DNA of 64,000 nt from Candidatus Saccharimonadota bacterium (GCA_019352195.1 JACAFG010000001.1:66485-130484); one strand, 5' to 3'. Shown: positions 47,292 through 58,091, numbered from the stretch's first letter. Numbers and translations: made by a program. Notes: generated by a model not told the origin, from the sequence alone.

Positions 47292-48497
47292 ATGAACAAG
47301 CAAACCGTCCGGGATATCGATGTAAAAGGCAAACGAGCGCTCGTGCGCGTTGATTACAACGTGCCAATCAAAAACGGGGAAGTGGGAGACACACTGCGGA
47401 TTCAAGGCTCATTTGAAACCATTAACTATCTGCTTGAGCAGGGCTCTAGCCTGGTCTTAATGAGCCACCTCGGTGAGCCCAAGGGCAAAGTCGATCCGGC
47501 ATTGAGCCTCGAGCCGGTAGCTGCCAAAGCTGCCGAACTGCTGGGCAAGCCAATCGCGTTTTATCACGACTGCATTGGTGACGAAGTGGATGAGGCGGTA
47601 AAAGCGTTGCAGCCGGGCCAGATTATGATGCTCGAAAACGTCCGTTTTCATCCCGAAGAACTCGACAATGATCACGCTTTTGCCGAAAAATTAGCCTCCT
47701 ACGGCGATATTTACGTCAACGACTCGTTTGCCGTCGATCACCGCGATCAAGTGTCGGTGAGCGGCATTGCTGCTATCATTCCCGGCGTAGCTGGTTTTCT
47801 GGTTGAAAAAGAGGTTAATTACATCAAGGGCGCCCTCGATCATCCTAATCGCCCCCTCGTCGCCGTAATCGGCGGGGCCAAGGTATCGTCAAAAATTGAA
47901 GTCCTCGAAAACCTTATTCCCAAGGTCGATGTGCTCATGATTGGTGGCGCCATGGCTAACACGTTTTATCTAGCGGCCGACCTACCCGTCGGCAAATCTC
48001 TGGTCGAGCCCGACTTTGTGGCCGAAGCCAAGCGGCTTGTAACCCTCGCCAAGACCGAGAACTGTGAGCTCATTTTGCCGGGCGATGTAGTCGTGTCAAA
48101 CGACATCGATGCCCCCAAGGATGTTCGCACCATCAAGGTGGCCGAAATTAAACCCGATCAAATTATTGTGGATGCGGCCCCCGCTTTTGGTCCCGAAATT
48201 ACCCCTGCCGTCCACGAATTTTTGGACTTTGATAACAAATGTACGGTTATCTGGAACGGACCCATTGGCGTTACCGAGGTGCCCGAGTTTGCCCTTGGCT
48301 CGCGGGCGTTAGCCGACGCCATTATCGCCTTACCGGGTGTAATTAGCATTATTGGCGGCGGCGATACGGCCGCTTTCATAGACGATGCTGGTCTGCACGA
48401 TAAGTTTACCTGGGTGTCCACTGGCGGCGGAGCTAGCCTTGAGCTCATGAGCGGTAAAACGCTGCCAGGTATCGCGGCCTTGCTCGATAAAAAATAG
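47292..48497 (+). CDS. pgk: phosphoglycerate kinase
   Basis: RVDYNVP, GGAKVS.KI, GGGASLELM. AGGAG SD 5 nt before ATG 47292. Confidence 0.9.
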   Translation: MNKQTVRDIDVKGKRALVRVDYNVPIKNGEVGDTLRIQGSFETINYLLEQGSSLVLMSHLGEPKGKVDPALSLEPVAAKAAELLGKPIAFYHDCIGDEVDEAVKALQPGQIMMLENVRFHPEELDNDHAFAEKLASYGDIYVNDSFAVDHRDQVSVSGIAAIIPGVAGFLVEKEVNYIKGALDHPNRPLVAVIGGAKVSSKIEVLENLIPKVDVLMIGGAMANTFYLAADLPVGKSLVEPDFVAEAKRLVTLAKTENCELILPGDVVVSNDIDAPKDVRTIKVAEIKPDQIIVDAAPAFGPEITPAVHEFLDFDNKCTVIWNGPIGVTEVPEFALGSRALADAIIALPGVISIIGGGDTAAFIDDAGLHDKFTWVSTGGGASLELMSGKTLPGIAALLDKK

Positions 48498-48536
48498 CTT
48501 ATGCTAGACTAAAGACAACTAAGCATAAGGGTTACC

Positions 48537-48713
48537 ATGGCAAAAGACAAGGAAGATAAAGTTGGGTCGGTCGCCGGGGCGGTGTTCGTTGGTTTGATTA
48601 TCATCGGCACGGGTGTCGGGCTGCTAGTAAATAACGTTGCCGTATACGCTATCCTCGGCGTGGGCGTTGGTTTTATCGCTCGGGCCGCCATCATCTATTA
48701 CGGTCGTAAATAG
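48537..48713 (+). CDS. small membrane protein (58 aa, 2 TM), candidate
   Basis: AAGGG SD. MAKDKEDKVGSVAGAVFVGLIIIGTGVGLLVNNVAVYAILGVGVGFIARAAIIYYGRK. Confidence 0.35.
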   Translation: MAKDKEDKVGSVAGAVFVGLIIIGTGVGLLVNNVAVYAILGVGVGFIARAAIIYYGRK

Positions 48714-48985
48714 CTTCCAATACATGCAACTAGCACGGCTACCCAAAGGTGACCGTGTTTTTTGTTACCATAAGAACATTGATTTATCACCTAAAAAGTG
48801 ATAAAATGAGACCAGCGTATCCCGTATAGCAACCTTCACAACTTCATGTTGCCGGCGCTCACCGACAGAAAGCACTCAAGCTGATCTCAACGGCCAAGGA
48901 AAGGTCAGTCAGCTACGCAATCTACTCGTTCCTGGGGATCAAGAACATCGGTCTCACCTCCGGAGAAGAGCTGCTGGCAGTAGAG

Positions 48986-49237
48986 GTGCGTCCTGACAAC
49001 ACGGTCTTGTTTGCCACGCGCACACCAGGCAGCCACGAGCCACCCCGGATCATTGGGATTCCCGATGCCAGGTTCGTCGTTTCGGACGACGACTCGATCC
49101 TGGTGATTGCGCCGCCGAACCAGCGCTACACCCAGCAACCCAACCGGATCTTGGGAAGGTTGACTCCGGTCTCCCTTCCGCAAGCCGCCTCCATCGACGG
49201 CGAGGTGGTATCGCCGTACCAAATCGAAGCCCGCTGA
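48986..49237 (+). CDS. possible ORF in a high-GC insert between pgk and tpiA (strand and start ambiguous)
   Basis: Plus-strand frame open from 48830 to 49237 with no in-frame ATG. A competing minus-strand ORF at 48905..49246. About 65% GC. Confidence 0.2.
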   Translation: MRPDNTVLFATRTPGSHEPPRIIGIPDARFVVSDDDSILVIAPPNQRYTQQPNRILGRLTPVSLPQAASIDGEVVSPYQIEAR

Positions 49238-49368
49238 CCACATCACCCGCCCGTGCGACGATAAACCTCGTCACACCCTACTGCAAACACCTTACCGTGC
49301 TCGCGGTGGGGTGTTTGCTTTTATTGGGACGACTAAAGCATTAGAATAACCATTAGAAAGAGGTGAGC

Positions 49369-50142
49369 ATGGCGCGTCTGATTGTTGCGAATTGGAAAAT
49401 GAACTTGGATCCGGCGGCGGCCATTAAATTGGTCACTAAATTGGAGCCAAAAATCGACCCCAGCGAGCGAGTGGAGGTGGTGATTTTGCCGCCATCGATC
49501 GACTTATACCCGTTGGATGAGACTATCGACAAGACCAAGCTCAAGCTGGGCGCTCAAAACATCCATTACCTCGATGAGGGGCCTTTTACCGGTGAAGTAT
49601 CGGCCGCCATGCTCAAAGGCGTTATCGACTACGCGCTCATTGGTCACTCTGAGCGCCGCGCTATGGGCGAAGATGACAAATTGATTGCCAAGAAAGTGGC
49701 GGCCGCTTACCGCAACGGGATTACCTCCATTGTGTGTATTGGGGAAAATCTGGACCAACGCGAGCACAAATTATCGTCAAAAGTGGTGGTCGATCAACTC
49801 ACCGCCGATCTAGCCCTGGTGACCGCCGAAGAGGTAAAAGATATCGTCATTGCTTACGAACCACTGTGGGCCATTAGCCACGGCGACGGCAAAGGCCGCC
49901 ACGCCACGCCCGATGATATCCGAGCTGTCCTGAGAGCCATTCGATCAACCGTTGAAGACTTGTATGGCGAAGCGGGCGGGGTAGGTATGCGGCTGCTGTA
50001 CGGCGGCAGTGTGAACGCTGACGACTGCATGGCCTACCTGGGGATGGATGAAATCGACGGGTTACTCGTGGGCGGCGATAGCCTAAACTACGAAGATTTT
50101 GCCTCGATTATTGATGCTTCAGATCGCGAAAATACCGACTAA
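49369..50142 (+). CDS. tpiA: triosephosphate isomerase
   Basis: ANWKMN, IGHSERR, AYEPLWAI, GGSV. AAGAGGTG SD before ATG 49369. Confidence 0.9.
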   Translation: MARLIVANWKMNLDPAAAIKLVTKLEPKIDPSERVEVVILPPSIDLYPLDETIDKTKLKLGAQNIHYLDEGPFTGEVSAAMLKGVIDYALIGHSERRAMGEDDKLIAKKVAAAYRNGITSIVCIGENLDQREHKLSSKVVVDQLTADLALVTAEEVKDIVIAYEPLWAISHGDGKGRHATPDDIRAVLRAIRSTVEDLYGEAGGVGMRLLYGGSVNADDCMAYLGMDEIDGLLVGGDSLNYEDFASIIDASDRENTD

Positions 50143-50298
50143 ACCACACCTGCTTGAACCAAACTAACGATAGCTCAATCAACCATAAAAACCGCTTTGA
50201 AGTTTCGGTGGAGGGCGCTTAATGTGACTGCTCTTGTCCGAGCCGTAGCCTCACTGGCTGCTATACGCTAGAATGGGTGGAGTTTAACGAACCTGGTC

Positions 50299-50736
50299 AT
50301 GAACCTTCCTCTCGACGACAACGACAAACGCAAACTCATCGAGCTCGCATATCTTGGCGAGTGGCTGATAAATGCCCATCACGATCCGGAGCATCAAGAC
50401 GATGCTGCCCGCGCTGCCTTACAGCAAGTCTTGGCGGACGCCGGGCGTACTGAGGGCGTCGGCAAAGATGTTGAAACGGGCGACTACTACCTGGATGAAG
50501 CGTGGACCGAGCGTTTATACAATCACTACATCGCCGATTACGACGACCATGTTTTTTGGGATGAGCTGACCGAACGCATGGCACAGCGCGATTTAGGTCG
50601 CGAACGCGACGTCCCTACCGATGAAATTAATCGCGACGACGATTTGTTGGCTCTTAGGCCGCTCGAAGACGTCTACCGCCGCGAGTTTGAAAACAATGGC
50701 ATCGATCACCTTGAAATCGGCGACAATAGGCCATAA
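50299..50736 (+). CDS. acidic hypothetical protein (145 aa)
   Basis: D/E-rich, no TM, no motif recognised. Confidence 0.45.
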   Translation: MNLPLDDNDKRKLIELAYLGEWLINAHHDPEHQDDAARAALQQVLADAGRTEGVGKDVETGDYYLDEAWTERLYNHYIADYDDHVFWDELTERMAQRDLGRERDVPTDEINRDDDLLALRPLEDVYRREFENNGIDHLEIGDNRP

Positions 50737-50786
50737 TAACCAATTAAACTGGCTATTACGTAAAATGGTTATGGTATAATCGAGGC

Positions 50787-51743
50787 ATGAAATGCCCCGA
50801 GTGCCAGAATGATATGGTCCAGTCGCATAAGGGCTGGCTGTGTCTGCATTGTGGCCATGTTGAGAATACCTCACCGCACGACGTGCCGCTCATTCCCGGC
50901 GACCCCCCCAAACCTACCGCCGCTGCCCTTCCTGAGGCGCCGGCAATTAGCTCTAGTACCGCCAGCAGTTCCCCGGCGTCGTCGATGGCGTCAGTACCTC
51001 CAGATACGGCCATCAGCGATAAAGCGGCCAGTCCTGACCTCGACAAAGCGGATGTCCCCGAAGCAAATCCTGCCGATCTCACGCCGGCTATGCAGGCAGA
51101 TGCCGCTGCCGCCGAAGCCATCGCTGAAGGTGCGCTTGAGCACGCCCCCGAGCCGATCCCCGAAGTGTCCCCTGTTGCGACCACCACACCTGAATCTTCA
51201 GCTAACCAGCCAGCCGAGACCGTCGCTGCTCCAGAAGCAACGCTAGCGGCCGACGAGCCAGTCGTGGCTCCAGAACCAAAAGCGCCGGACGAACCCGCCC
51301 AGGCGGCGGTACCGCCCGTCGATCCTGTGTCGCCGTCGCCTGAAGCAATGAAGTCACCAGCGCCTACGCTTGAGCCAGCTCCAGCGGAGCCAAACCCCGC
51401 TCCGGCCGCGCCCACCGATAAGGCCACCGAGGCTCCGGCCGAAGCAGCCCCAGCGGCTGTACCGACGCCGCTTCCACCCGAGCCGACTCCACCAGCCGCT
51501 CCGGTACCACCAGCCGTAGTATCGTCGCCTGCCAAAGCCATCGATGGCCTGGCTGCCAAGAGCAAGGCACCTGCACCGGTAGCGCCTCCCGCTCAGGCGG
51601 TGGCTGCTGCAACCCTGAATACCGTCACTCCAGAAACTCATCCTGGCGAACTGTCTGGCGCCATGGTCGCGGCGATTATCGCCCTATCCATTATTACGGT
51701 TGGCGGTCTCGGTACGGCAGGCTATATTTTCGTTATTAAATAA
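50787..51743 (+). CDS. zinc-ribbon protein with long Pro/Ala-rich linker and C-terminal TM anchor
   Basis: CPECQ…CLHCGH zinc ribbon, about 230 aa of PA/PE/PT low complexity, C-terminal MVAAIIALSIITVGGLGTAGYIFVIK. Confidence 0.5.
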   Translation: MKCPECQNDMVQSHKGWLCLHCGHVENTSPHDVPLIPGDPPKPTAAALPEAPAISSSTASSSPASSMASVPPDTAISDKAASPDLDKADVPEANPADLTPAMQADAAAAEAIAEGALEHAPEPIPEVSPVATTTPESSANQPAETVAAPEATLAADEPVVAPEPKAPDEPAQAAVPPVDPVSPSPEAMKSPAPTLEPAPAEPNPAPAAPTDKATEAPAEAAPAAVPTPLPPEPTPPAAPVPPAVVSSPAKAIDGLAAKSKAPAPVAPPAQAVAAATLNTVTPETHPGELSGAMVAAIIALSIITVGGLGTAGYIFVIK

Positions 51744-51823
51744 TCTCGCGTGCAGTTGAATACGAAGCGGCCCCGGAAAGCGCATGCTTCCCGGGGCTCA
51801 TTCGGTCGATTGATTGAACAGGA

Positions 51824-52291
51824 CTAGGCCGAGCGCACTGACTGTCGCGGTGGTCGCAGCTTGAGCCGCATGTACGCAATTGCCAGGTCGTCTTCTGACG
51901 GCTTGGTGACGTTGCGCCGAGACTGGGTCTGGCGCGCCGGCAACTGAAACACTACTGTCCAGTTGTCGGAGTCGGTCTCAAGGTCAACTACGCGGATGAC
52001 CGGCTCATGGTCACTGAGCGTACGAAACGCGACTCCGTTTGCCAGCTCGCCCCGCCGCTGCAGTTGGTAGATAGTTGCAACAGCTGCGGGGGACAAAAAG
52101 GCGCTTGTTCGTGTATCGCTAACGGTACGCGTTGCTTTCGCCAATGGTTCCGACGGACGGCGAGGAAAAGTCGGCAAACTGCGGCGGGGGGCATGGGGAA
52201 CCAGTCGGGCTGGCCGATGGTGCGTGCCAAACTTTTCGGCAAGCCAAGCCCAACAGGTGAGTCCGGCTACTTTACCGCTTGAGTACGACAT
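51824..52291 (-). CDS. hypothetical protein (high-GC, Arg-rich)
   Basis: 155-aa ORF. Composition-driven, low support. Confidence 0.3.
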   Translation of the reverse strand: MSYSSGKVAGLTCWAWLAEKFGTHHRPARLVPHAPRRSLPTFPRRPSEPLAKATRTVSDTRTSAFLSPAAVATIYQLQRRGELANGVAFRTLSDHEPVIRVVDLETDSDNWTVVFQLPARQTQSRRNVTKPSEDDLAIAYMRLKLRPPRQSVRSA

Positions 52292-52526
52292 AAAACACCT
52301 CCGGGACTCTCGGGGAAATGGGTTTGCTCATTAGCTTTAGACCATGCCGACGAAACTGCAATTCGTCATTTGGGCTTGATACGAAGCCAAAGAGCGCGTC
52401 AGCACCACACTGACAAATCTATTGTGACAGCTTTAATCGCCCAGATGCAACCCCTGCAAGCGAAAAACCAAAAAACTCTGTGCCTGTTCGCTCCCTGTTC
52501 GGCCCAAAATGCGTTACAATCTGTAA

Positions 52527-54773
52527 GTGAATCCACTTTTATCTGACCTCAACGAACAGCAACGTTTGGCTGCTGTCACCTCCGACGGGCCCGTCCTCAT
52601 TCTGGCCGGCGCGGGTTCCGGTAAAACTATGGCCCTTACGCACCGTGTTGCATATTTGGTGGCTGAGAAACAGGTACAGCCAATGAATATTTTAGCCGTC
52701 ACATTTACCAATAAGGCTGCTGGTGAAATGCGTGGCCGCGTCTTGCAACTACTGCGCCTTGACCCAAATAACCGCAATTATTTCCCATATATTGGTACCT
52801 TTCACTCGGTGTGTATGCGCCTGTTGCGCCGCGAAGCTACTGAAATTGGGCTACCGAGCAATTTTCTTATTTTTGACGCAGCTGATTCGGCCAGTGCCAT
52901 CAAGCGTGCCATGCGTCAGCTCAGCATCGATGAAAAACAGTTTAATGTTTCACTGATCGCAAACCTTATTTCGAGCGCCAAGAATGAACTTGTTGGACCA
53001 ACAAATTATGCCAAACTTGCCCAAGGGCGCGCCCAAGAAGCCGCCGCTCAGGTGTACCCAAAATATCAGTCGATCTTAAAAGAAGCTGGCGCGCTCGATT
53101 TTGACGACCTCATTTTTCAAACCGTCCGCATGTTCCGCGAATATCCGGCCATTCTGGCCAAATATCAGCAGCAGTTTCGCTACATCATGGTCGACGAGTA
53201 TCAAGACACTAATCACGCTCAGTACCAGGTAACCAAACTGCTCGCCGAGGTCCACCATAATTTGTGTGTGGTGGGTGACGACTGGCAGAGTATTTATAGT
53301 TGGCGTGGCGCCAATTTCCAAAACATTCTCGATTTTGAAAAAGACTATCCCGAAGCGACCGTAATCAAACTCGAGCAAAATTATCGTTCTACTAAGCACA
53401 TTTTGGATGCCGCCCACGCCATCATTACCAAGAACCGCACCCGTAGCGACAAAAAGCTGTGGACTGAGCGCGGTGACGGTGTCGGCGTGCTCGTCGCCAA
53501 CGTATATAACGAAATCCAAGAAGCCGAGTGGATCGTCCAGAGAGTCCAGGACATAAAAGCCAAAGACAATCGCGAGCTGTCTGATTTTGCCGTGCTATAC
53601 CGTACCAACGCGCAATCACGCTCGCTTGAAGAATCATTTCTGCGTGCCGGTATGCCGTATAAAATTGTTGGCGGCACGCGCTTTTACGAGCGCCGCGAAA
53701 TCAAAGATGCGCTGGCCTATTTGCGTTTTATATACCAGCCCGACGATATTGTGAGCTTTGGCCGCATTATCAACCTGCCACCGCGGGGGCTCGGTGATGT
53801 CTCGCTCGAGCGCGTCGAAAGCTGGCGCGTCCAGCAAGGCCTAACTCTTATGGATGCGCTGGGCCGAGCCGACCAAATTCCAGGTTTGCAAACTCGGGCC
53901 GTAAACGCACTTCAGCAGTTTGGCCAGCTCATTGGTGGGTTGCGCTCCGAGATGGAAAAACTCGCGGTCGGACCGTTGCTCGATTTAGTGATCAAGCGCT
54001 CAGGGTATCTAGCCTACCTCGATGATGGCTCGGTAACCGCTGCCGATCGCATCGAAAACGTCAAAGAACTCCTCAGTGTCGCCGAAAATTATAACGAATT
54101 AACCCTCGAAGGTTTTCTCGAAGAAATTGCCCTCATTGCCGACCTCGATAATTACTCGGCCGATTCCAACGCCGTTACGCTCATGACGATGCACGCAGCT
54201 AAAGGCCTCGAGTTTCCGGTCGTTTTCGTACCTGGGATGGAAGAAGGTATCTTTCCGCACTCACGCAGCCTGTTTGACCCCGACCAAATGGAAGAAGAGC
54301 GCCGTCTGTGCTACGTGGCATTTACGCGCGCTAAAGAACGTCTTATTTTGCTCTACGCCAACTCCCGTCTGCTCTACGGCCGCACCGATCACAACCCGCC
54401 TTCACGTTTTGTGCTCGAATTACCACCCGCCTTGCAAGATTCCGGGAGTGAATGGGGAACTGCCAACCGGGCTCTGGGCGACGCCGTCTTTGGCGGACGC
54501 AGCGCCAGTTTTGGCCATGGTCATGGGGCCGGTGGAGCGAGTTGGAGCGCCGATACCGGCGGAGGGTTGGCGATTACGGCCCATGATGCCGCTGCTCACC
54601 GTGAGGAATTATTGGGTCTCGAGCTCGTTCCAGGCGATAAAATTACGCATACCAAGTTTGGTGAAGGAATTGTCGCCGCAATTAATGGCGATGAAGTTAC
54701 GGCCGCCTTCGCCGGTGTTGGCACCAAGCGATTGTCCTTGTCATTTGCGCCCATCAAGAAAGTTGAAAATTAG
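52527..54773 (+). CDS. pcrA: ATP-dependent DNA helicase PcrA/UvrD (SF1A)
   Basis: Motif I AGAGSGKT, motif II VDEYQDTN, motif III GDDWQSIYSWRGA, motif V/VI TMHAAKGLEF … VAFTRAKE. 748 aa. Confidence 0.85.
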   Translation: MNPLLSDLNEQQRLAAVTSDGPVLILAGAGSGKTMALTHRVAYLVAEKQVQPMNILAVTFTNKAAGEMRGRVLQLLRLDPNNRNYFPYIGTFHSVCMRLLRREATEIGLPSNFLIFDAADSASAIKRAMRQLSIDEKQFNVSLIANLISSAKNELVGPTNYAKLAQGRAQEAAAQVYPKYQSILKEAGALDFDDLIFQTVRMFREYPAILAKYQQQFRYIMVDEYQDTNHAQYQVTKLLAEVHHNLCVVGDDWQSIYSWRGANFQNILDFEKDYPEATVIKLEQNYRSTKHILDAAHAIITKNRTRSDKKLWTERGDGVGVLVANVYNEIQEAEWIVQRVQDIKAKDNRELSDFAVLYRTNAQSRSLEESFLRAGMPYKIVGGTRFYERREIKDALAYLRFIYQPDDIVSFGRIINLPPRGLGDVSLERVESWRVQQGLTLMDALGRADQIPGLQTRAVNALQQFGQLIGGLRSEMEKLAVGPLLDLVIKRSGYLAYLDDGSVTAADRIENVKELLSVAENYNELTLEGFLEEIALIADLDNYSADSNAVTLMTMHAAKGLEFPVVFVPGMEEGIFPHSRSLFDPDQMEEERRLCYVAFTRAKERLILLYANSRLLYGRTDHNPPSRFVLELPPALQDSGSEWGTANRALGDAVFGGRSASFGHGHGAGGASWSADTGGGLAITAHDAAAHREELLGLELVPGDKITHTKFGEGIVAAINGDEVTAAFAGVGTKRLSLSFAPIKKVEN

Positions 54774-54840
54774 CCCAAGTAATTGCTGAAACATGTCAAT
54801 ACGCTTATGCTTAAGCCCATAAATTCTCGAGGCATTCACC

Positions 54841-57243
54841 GTGTTGTGGGCAATCCTGGCAATAACCGTTCCGGTTTTCTACATTATTGGACTCGTAGTT
54901 ACGTTGCGGTGGATTATGGGCGGGGGCCGTTCCCAAGTTCAGGTTTTACAACAAAAAACGCTCGATCGTCTCGATGACGAGCTAGATGACCCCAATTTAT
55001 CCAAAGATGCTCGCGAGCGCTTAAGCGTTCTCCGGCGAGACCTTGCGTTTCCTGTGGCTACGGGCAATAAGGCTGCCCACTCGCGCGGTAGTGTCACCAC
55101 GGGCACGCGTTATTTGTTTCCAACTTCTGGCCAGACTACACCGCTCGCATCACATGTCGCCACTGCCCGACGAGCAACCGCCGTCAATCCCATGGACAAC
55201 ATCAATTTACTGCTTTACCTCGGCGCATTTTTGCTTGTAGTCTCAGCCGGAATTTTTGTAGCCTACAATTTTTCAACGCTGAGCGGCGAGGCAAAAACAA
55301 TAATTTTGGGCTTGTTTGCAGCCATTTTCTATGTGGGTGGTTTAGCGCTGTATAAATTTCTCCCCAAATTGCGGCCCGCGGGCACGACCTTTGTGGCTAT
55401 CGGTCTTATTGTAGCGCCACTCGTTGGGCTTGCCGCTTACAACTATGGCCTGGCCCGAGAAGGGGGCGGCGTATTATGGTTTGGTGTCTCCGTGATATGT
55501 CTTGCACTTCATTATTTGGCGTACCGAATTACCAGACAAACCTATCTCGCTTATCTCATGGCTGCGACTACGCTATCGCTGTTTGAATCGATTGTGGCGG
55601 TGACCAAACTGCCCATCTATTGGTACAGCTGGATAATGGCAGTCGTTGCCATTGGCTTTACCGTAGTAGCCCGATATCGAGGCAAGGCGGCCGACGACTT
55701 GCAGACGCTGCGGATATCGGCTGACATTTTTATGCTGGTGGCCCTGTTGTTGTCGCTGATATTTAGCGTGAATCACGGGTATAGCCAGCTTGGCTTAAGC
55801 TTAGCGCTCGCCGGATTGTTCTATTTGGCTCTAACAGTTCTAACTTCCTCAACCTTACGGTATCTGTACCTAGGGTTCTCGCTCGCAGCCTGGCCGTTGG
55901 CCGTATTGTCGGGGCTAGGGAGTAGTTCCAATCGGCCGTTTATCGCCAGTGTCATCATGGCGGTGGCGGTTTTGTATGCCCTTGCTTCAGAGCGTTGGCA
56001 AATGCCTGACGTGGCCAATTTGTTGGGCACGGCTGCCTGCTTAACTGCTACCTTCGCGACGCTACTCGTAGTTGATCATGCGCATTATCTCCTTATTATG
56101 CTAGTTATATCGACTGTACTTAGTGGTGCTTTGGCACTGCGCCACCGTCACGGTAATTTTGCCCTTCTAACTGAACTTGCGGCTTTGCTGGTCCCCCTCG
56201 TTGGCCTGCGTTTCGGGCTTGCGATACCTGCTTCATATCAGACCTTGGCCTTAGCCTACGCCGGTCTCACTGCGCTACTGGTAATCTGGCGACTCAAGCT
56301 GCGTGGCTGGCCTCACGACGGCGATTCGATTGGCTTGGCTGGTTATATTTCGGGACTCATCGCCACCCTGACTGCAGCGGCATTGGCTGGGCACAACATA
56401 TTCTTGCTTTTCGGTTTGGCGGCGGCGGTGGCAATAGTGGCCCTAAGCTATATTGAGCATTCCTCGGAGATGATTTACGCCTCGGCTTTACTGGTCTATT
56501 TGTCGGTATGGCAACAGACCCTCACCGCGGCAACTCCGGAACGTACGGGTTCGCTGGTTTTAACCGGCTGTGGTATAGTCCTATACCTCATCGGCCGCAC
56601 CACGCTATTTAATGACGGCCGCGTCAAAGTCTGGCGTTGGAGCGGCCTGATTGGTCCCGGACTCGGATTTATTGTTGGCGTCACCGCCGATCCTGCTATT
56701 TTTGCCCCTAGTTTGGGGCTGCTCGTCATGGCAGCGATTATTTACGCGGAGTCGCGCACGTACTACCGTGAAATTCTCGAAGAAACCGCCGTCGCACTCA
56801 CTATTGCCGCCGTTGCCTGGGCATTCCACGCCAAAGACTACTCCCAGACGCAAATCTACACGCTGCCCTGGGCCGGATTTGTCGCTTGGCTAGGATACCG
56901 CCGGCGACAGCGTGGCCGTGAGGCTATCAACGGCTTCACTGTTGGCGCCCTTACGCTCCTCACGCTTCCGTTGGCGGCACAAGCTTTGGGCGACAACGGC
57001 CAATGGTATGGTTTAGCGCTGGTAGGGGAAGCCATTGCACTGATTTTGGTTGGTATGGCGGCCAAATACCGCCTCATAACCTATTGGGGCGCCGCGACTT
57101 TGGTAGCCGAAACACTCTACCAGCTGCGTGACGTCTTCTTTGCTCTACCCAAGTACCTCATCTCGGCCGCTTTAGGTGCCGCACTCATTGGAGCGGCGGT
57201 TTATCTGTTGCAACGTCGCAAGGACGAGCCTCGCCAACCCTAA
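54841..57243 (+). CDS. large polytopic membrane protein (about 20 TM, DUF2339-like repetitive topology)
   Basis: 800 aa. N-terminal helix, then a charged coil (DDELDDPNLSKDARERLSVLRRDL), then about 19 regularly spaced TM helices. Confidence 0.55.
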   Translation: MLWAILAITVPVFYIIGLVVTLRWIMGGGRSQVQVLQQKTLDRLDDELDDPNLSKDARERLSVLRRDLAFPVATGNKAAHSRGSVTTGTRYLFPTSGQTTPLASHVATARRATAVNPMDNINLLLYLGAFLLVVSAGIFVAYNFSTLSGEAKTIILGLFAAIFYVGGLALYKFLPKLRPAGTTFVAIGLIVAPLVGLAAYNYGLAREGGGVLWFGVSVICLALHYLAYRITRQTYLAYLMAATTLSLFESIVAVTKLPIYWYSWIMAVVAIGFTVVARYRGKAADDLQTLRISADIFMLVALLLSLIFSVNHGYSQLGLSLALAGLFYLALTVLTSSTLRYLYLGFSLAAWPLAVLSGLGSSSNRPFIASVIMAVAVLYALASERWQMPDVANLLGTAACLTATFATLLVVDHAHYLLIMLVISTVLSGALALRHRHGNFALLTELAALLVPLVGLRFGLAIPASYQTLALAYAGLTALLVIWRLKLRGWPHDGDSIGLAGYISGLIATLTAAALAGHNIFLLFGLAAAVAIVALSYIEHSSEMIYASALLVYLSVWQQTLTAATPERTGSLVLTGCGIVLYLIGRTTLFNDGRVKVWRWSGLIGPGLGFIVGVTADPAIFAPSLGLLVMAAIIYAESRTYYREILEETAVALTIAAVAWAFHAKDYSQTQIYTLPWAGFVAWLGYRRRQRGREAINGFTVGALTLLTLPLAAQALGDNGQWYGLALVGEAIALILVGMAAKYRLITYWGAATLVAETLYQLRDVFFALPKYLISAALGAALIGAAVYLLQRRKDEPRQP

Positions 57244-57313
57244 CCAGTTACGCTACAATTGAGCTACCGCCATCTGGCGAGTTCAGCCCTCTTCGACCGA
57301 AAGGACCAGTCCC

Positions 57314-57901
57314 GTGACTGTGCACCAGCCCAGCTCCAGCCCCGAGCTCAAGCCCGCTATCGGCCACTCTACACTTCAGGAATTTGTTGGACCAAACGTT
57401 GCCTTCCCCGAAGTTCGCCAGGCGACCGATGCCGATCTTTTCAAGCTCGTTCTGCACTGGATCTTGAATGATCCAAAGCACATCTTGCTCAACGAAATCA
57501 TCCGCACGCAAGGCTCTGTCGCACTTGCCGAAAGCACAGGCATTGGCGTTACAGCCCACGAGCTGGTTGCAGAGCTATGCGACCTCCTTGCCAGCCTGCC
57601 GCCCGAAGCCTTCGAATTGGCCGACTATGTGGGCAACCTCCCCGCCGCCTCCGTCGGCCGACTGCGGTACATCGAACTGGCGGCGATCATCGACAAGTAC
57701 GCCTCAGCTCATCCGGCCTGCGCGTACCACCGAAATGTCATGGATCACATCCAGACGCTCGATCACGCGGCCGTACTCGATGATGTCACAGACCAGATTG
57801 AGATTCGGCGGCAACAGCTCATGACGGTAGCTGTTGCCCGCGTTCGCGAGTTGGCCGCCCGCATCATTGCCCGCAAGTCTGAAATAGTTCAGGCCGCCTA
57901 A
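57314..57901 (+). CDS. hypothetical protein (195 aa, high-GC)
   Basis: Intact ORF followed by a terminator hairpin at 57904-57940 (CCCCAC…GTGGGG TTTTGCC). Confidence 0.4.
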   Translation: MTVHQPSSSPELKPAIGHSTLQEFVGPNVAFPEVRQATDADLFKLVLHWILNDPKHILLNEIIRTQGSVALAESTGIGVTAHELVAELCDLLASLPPEAFELADYVGNLPAASVGRLRYIELAAIIDKYASAHPACAYHRNVMDHIQTLDHAAVLDDVTDQIEIRRQQLMTVAVARVRELAARIIARKSEIVQAA

Positions 57902-58091
57902 CCCCCCACGGCATACCCACAATGCTGTGGGGTTTTGCCTGTCTCAAACTGAACACTAAAAGTAGTCAAGATTGACTGCCAACTGATTAGGCAGTAGCAT
58001 AAGAGGGATCTTAAAACACAAGCGCTTTAAAAGAAAAAGTCACCACTCATTAACGAGCGAGACTACCATTTTAAACCGCCCTTCTCGGCCG

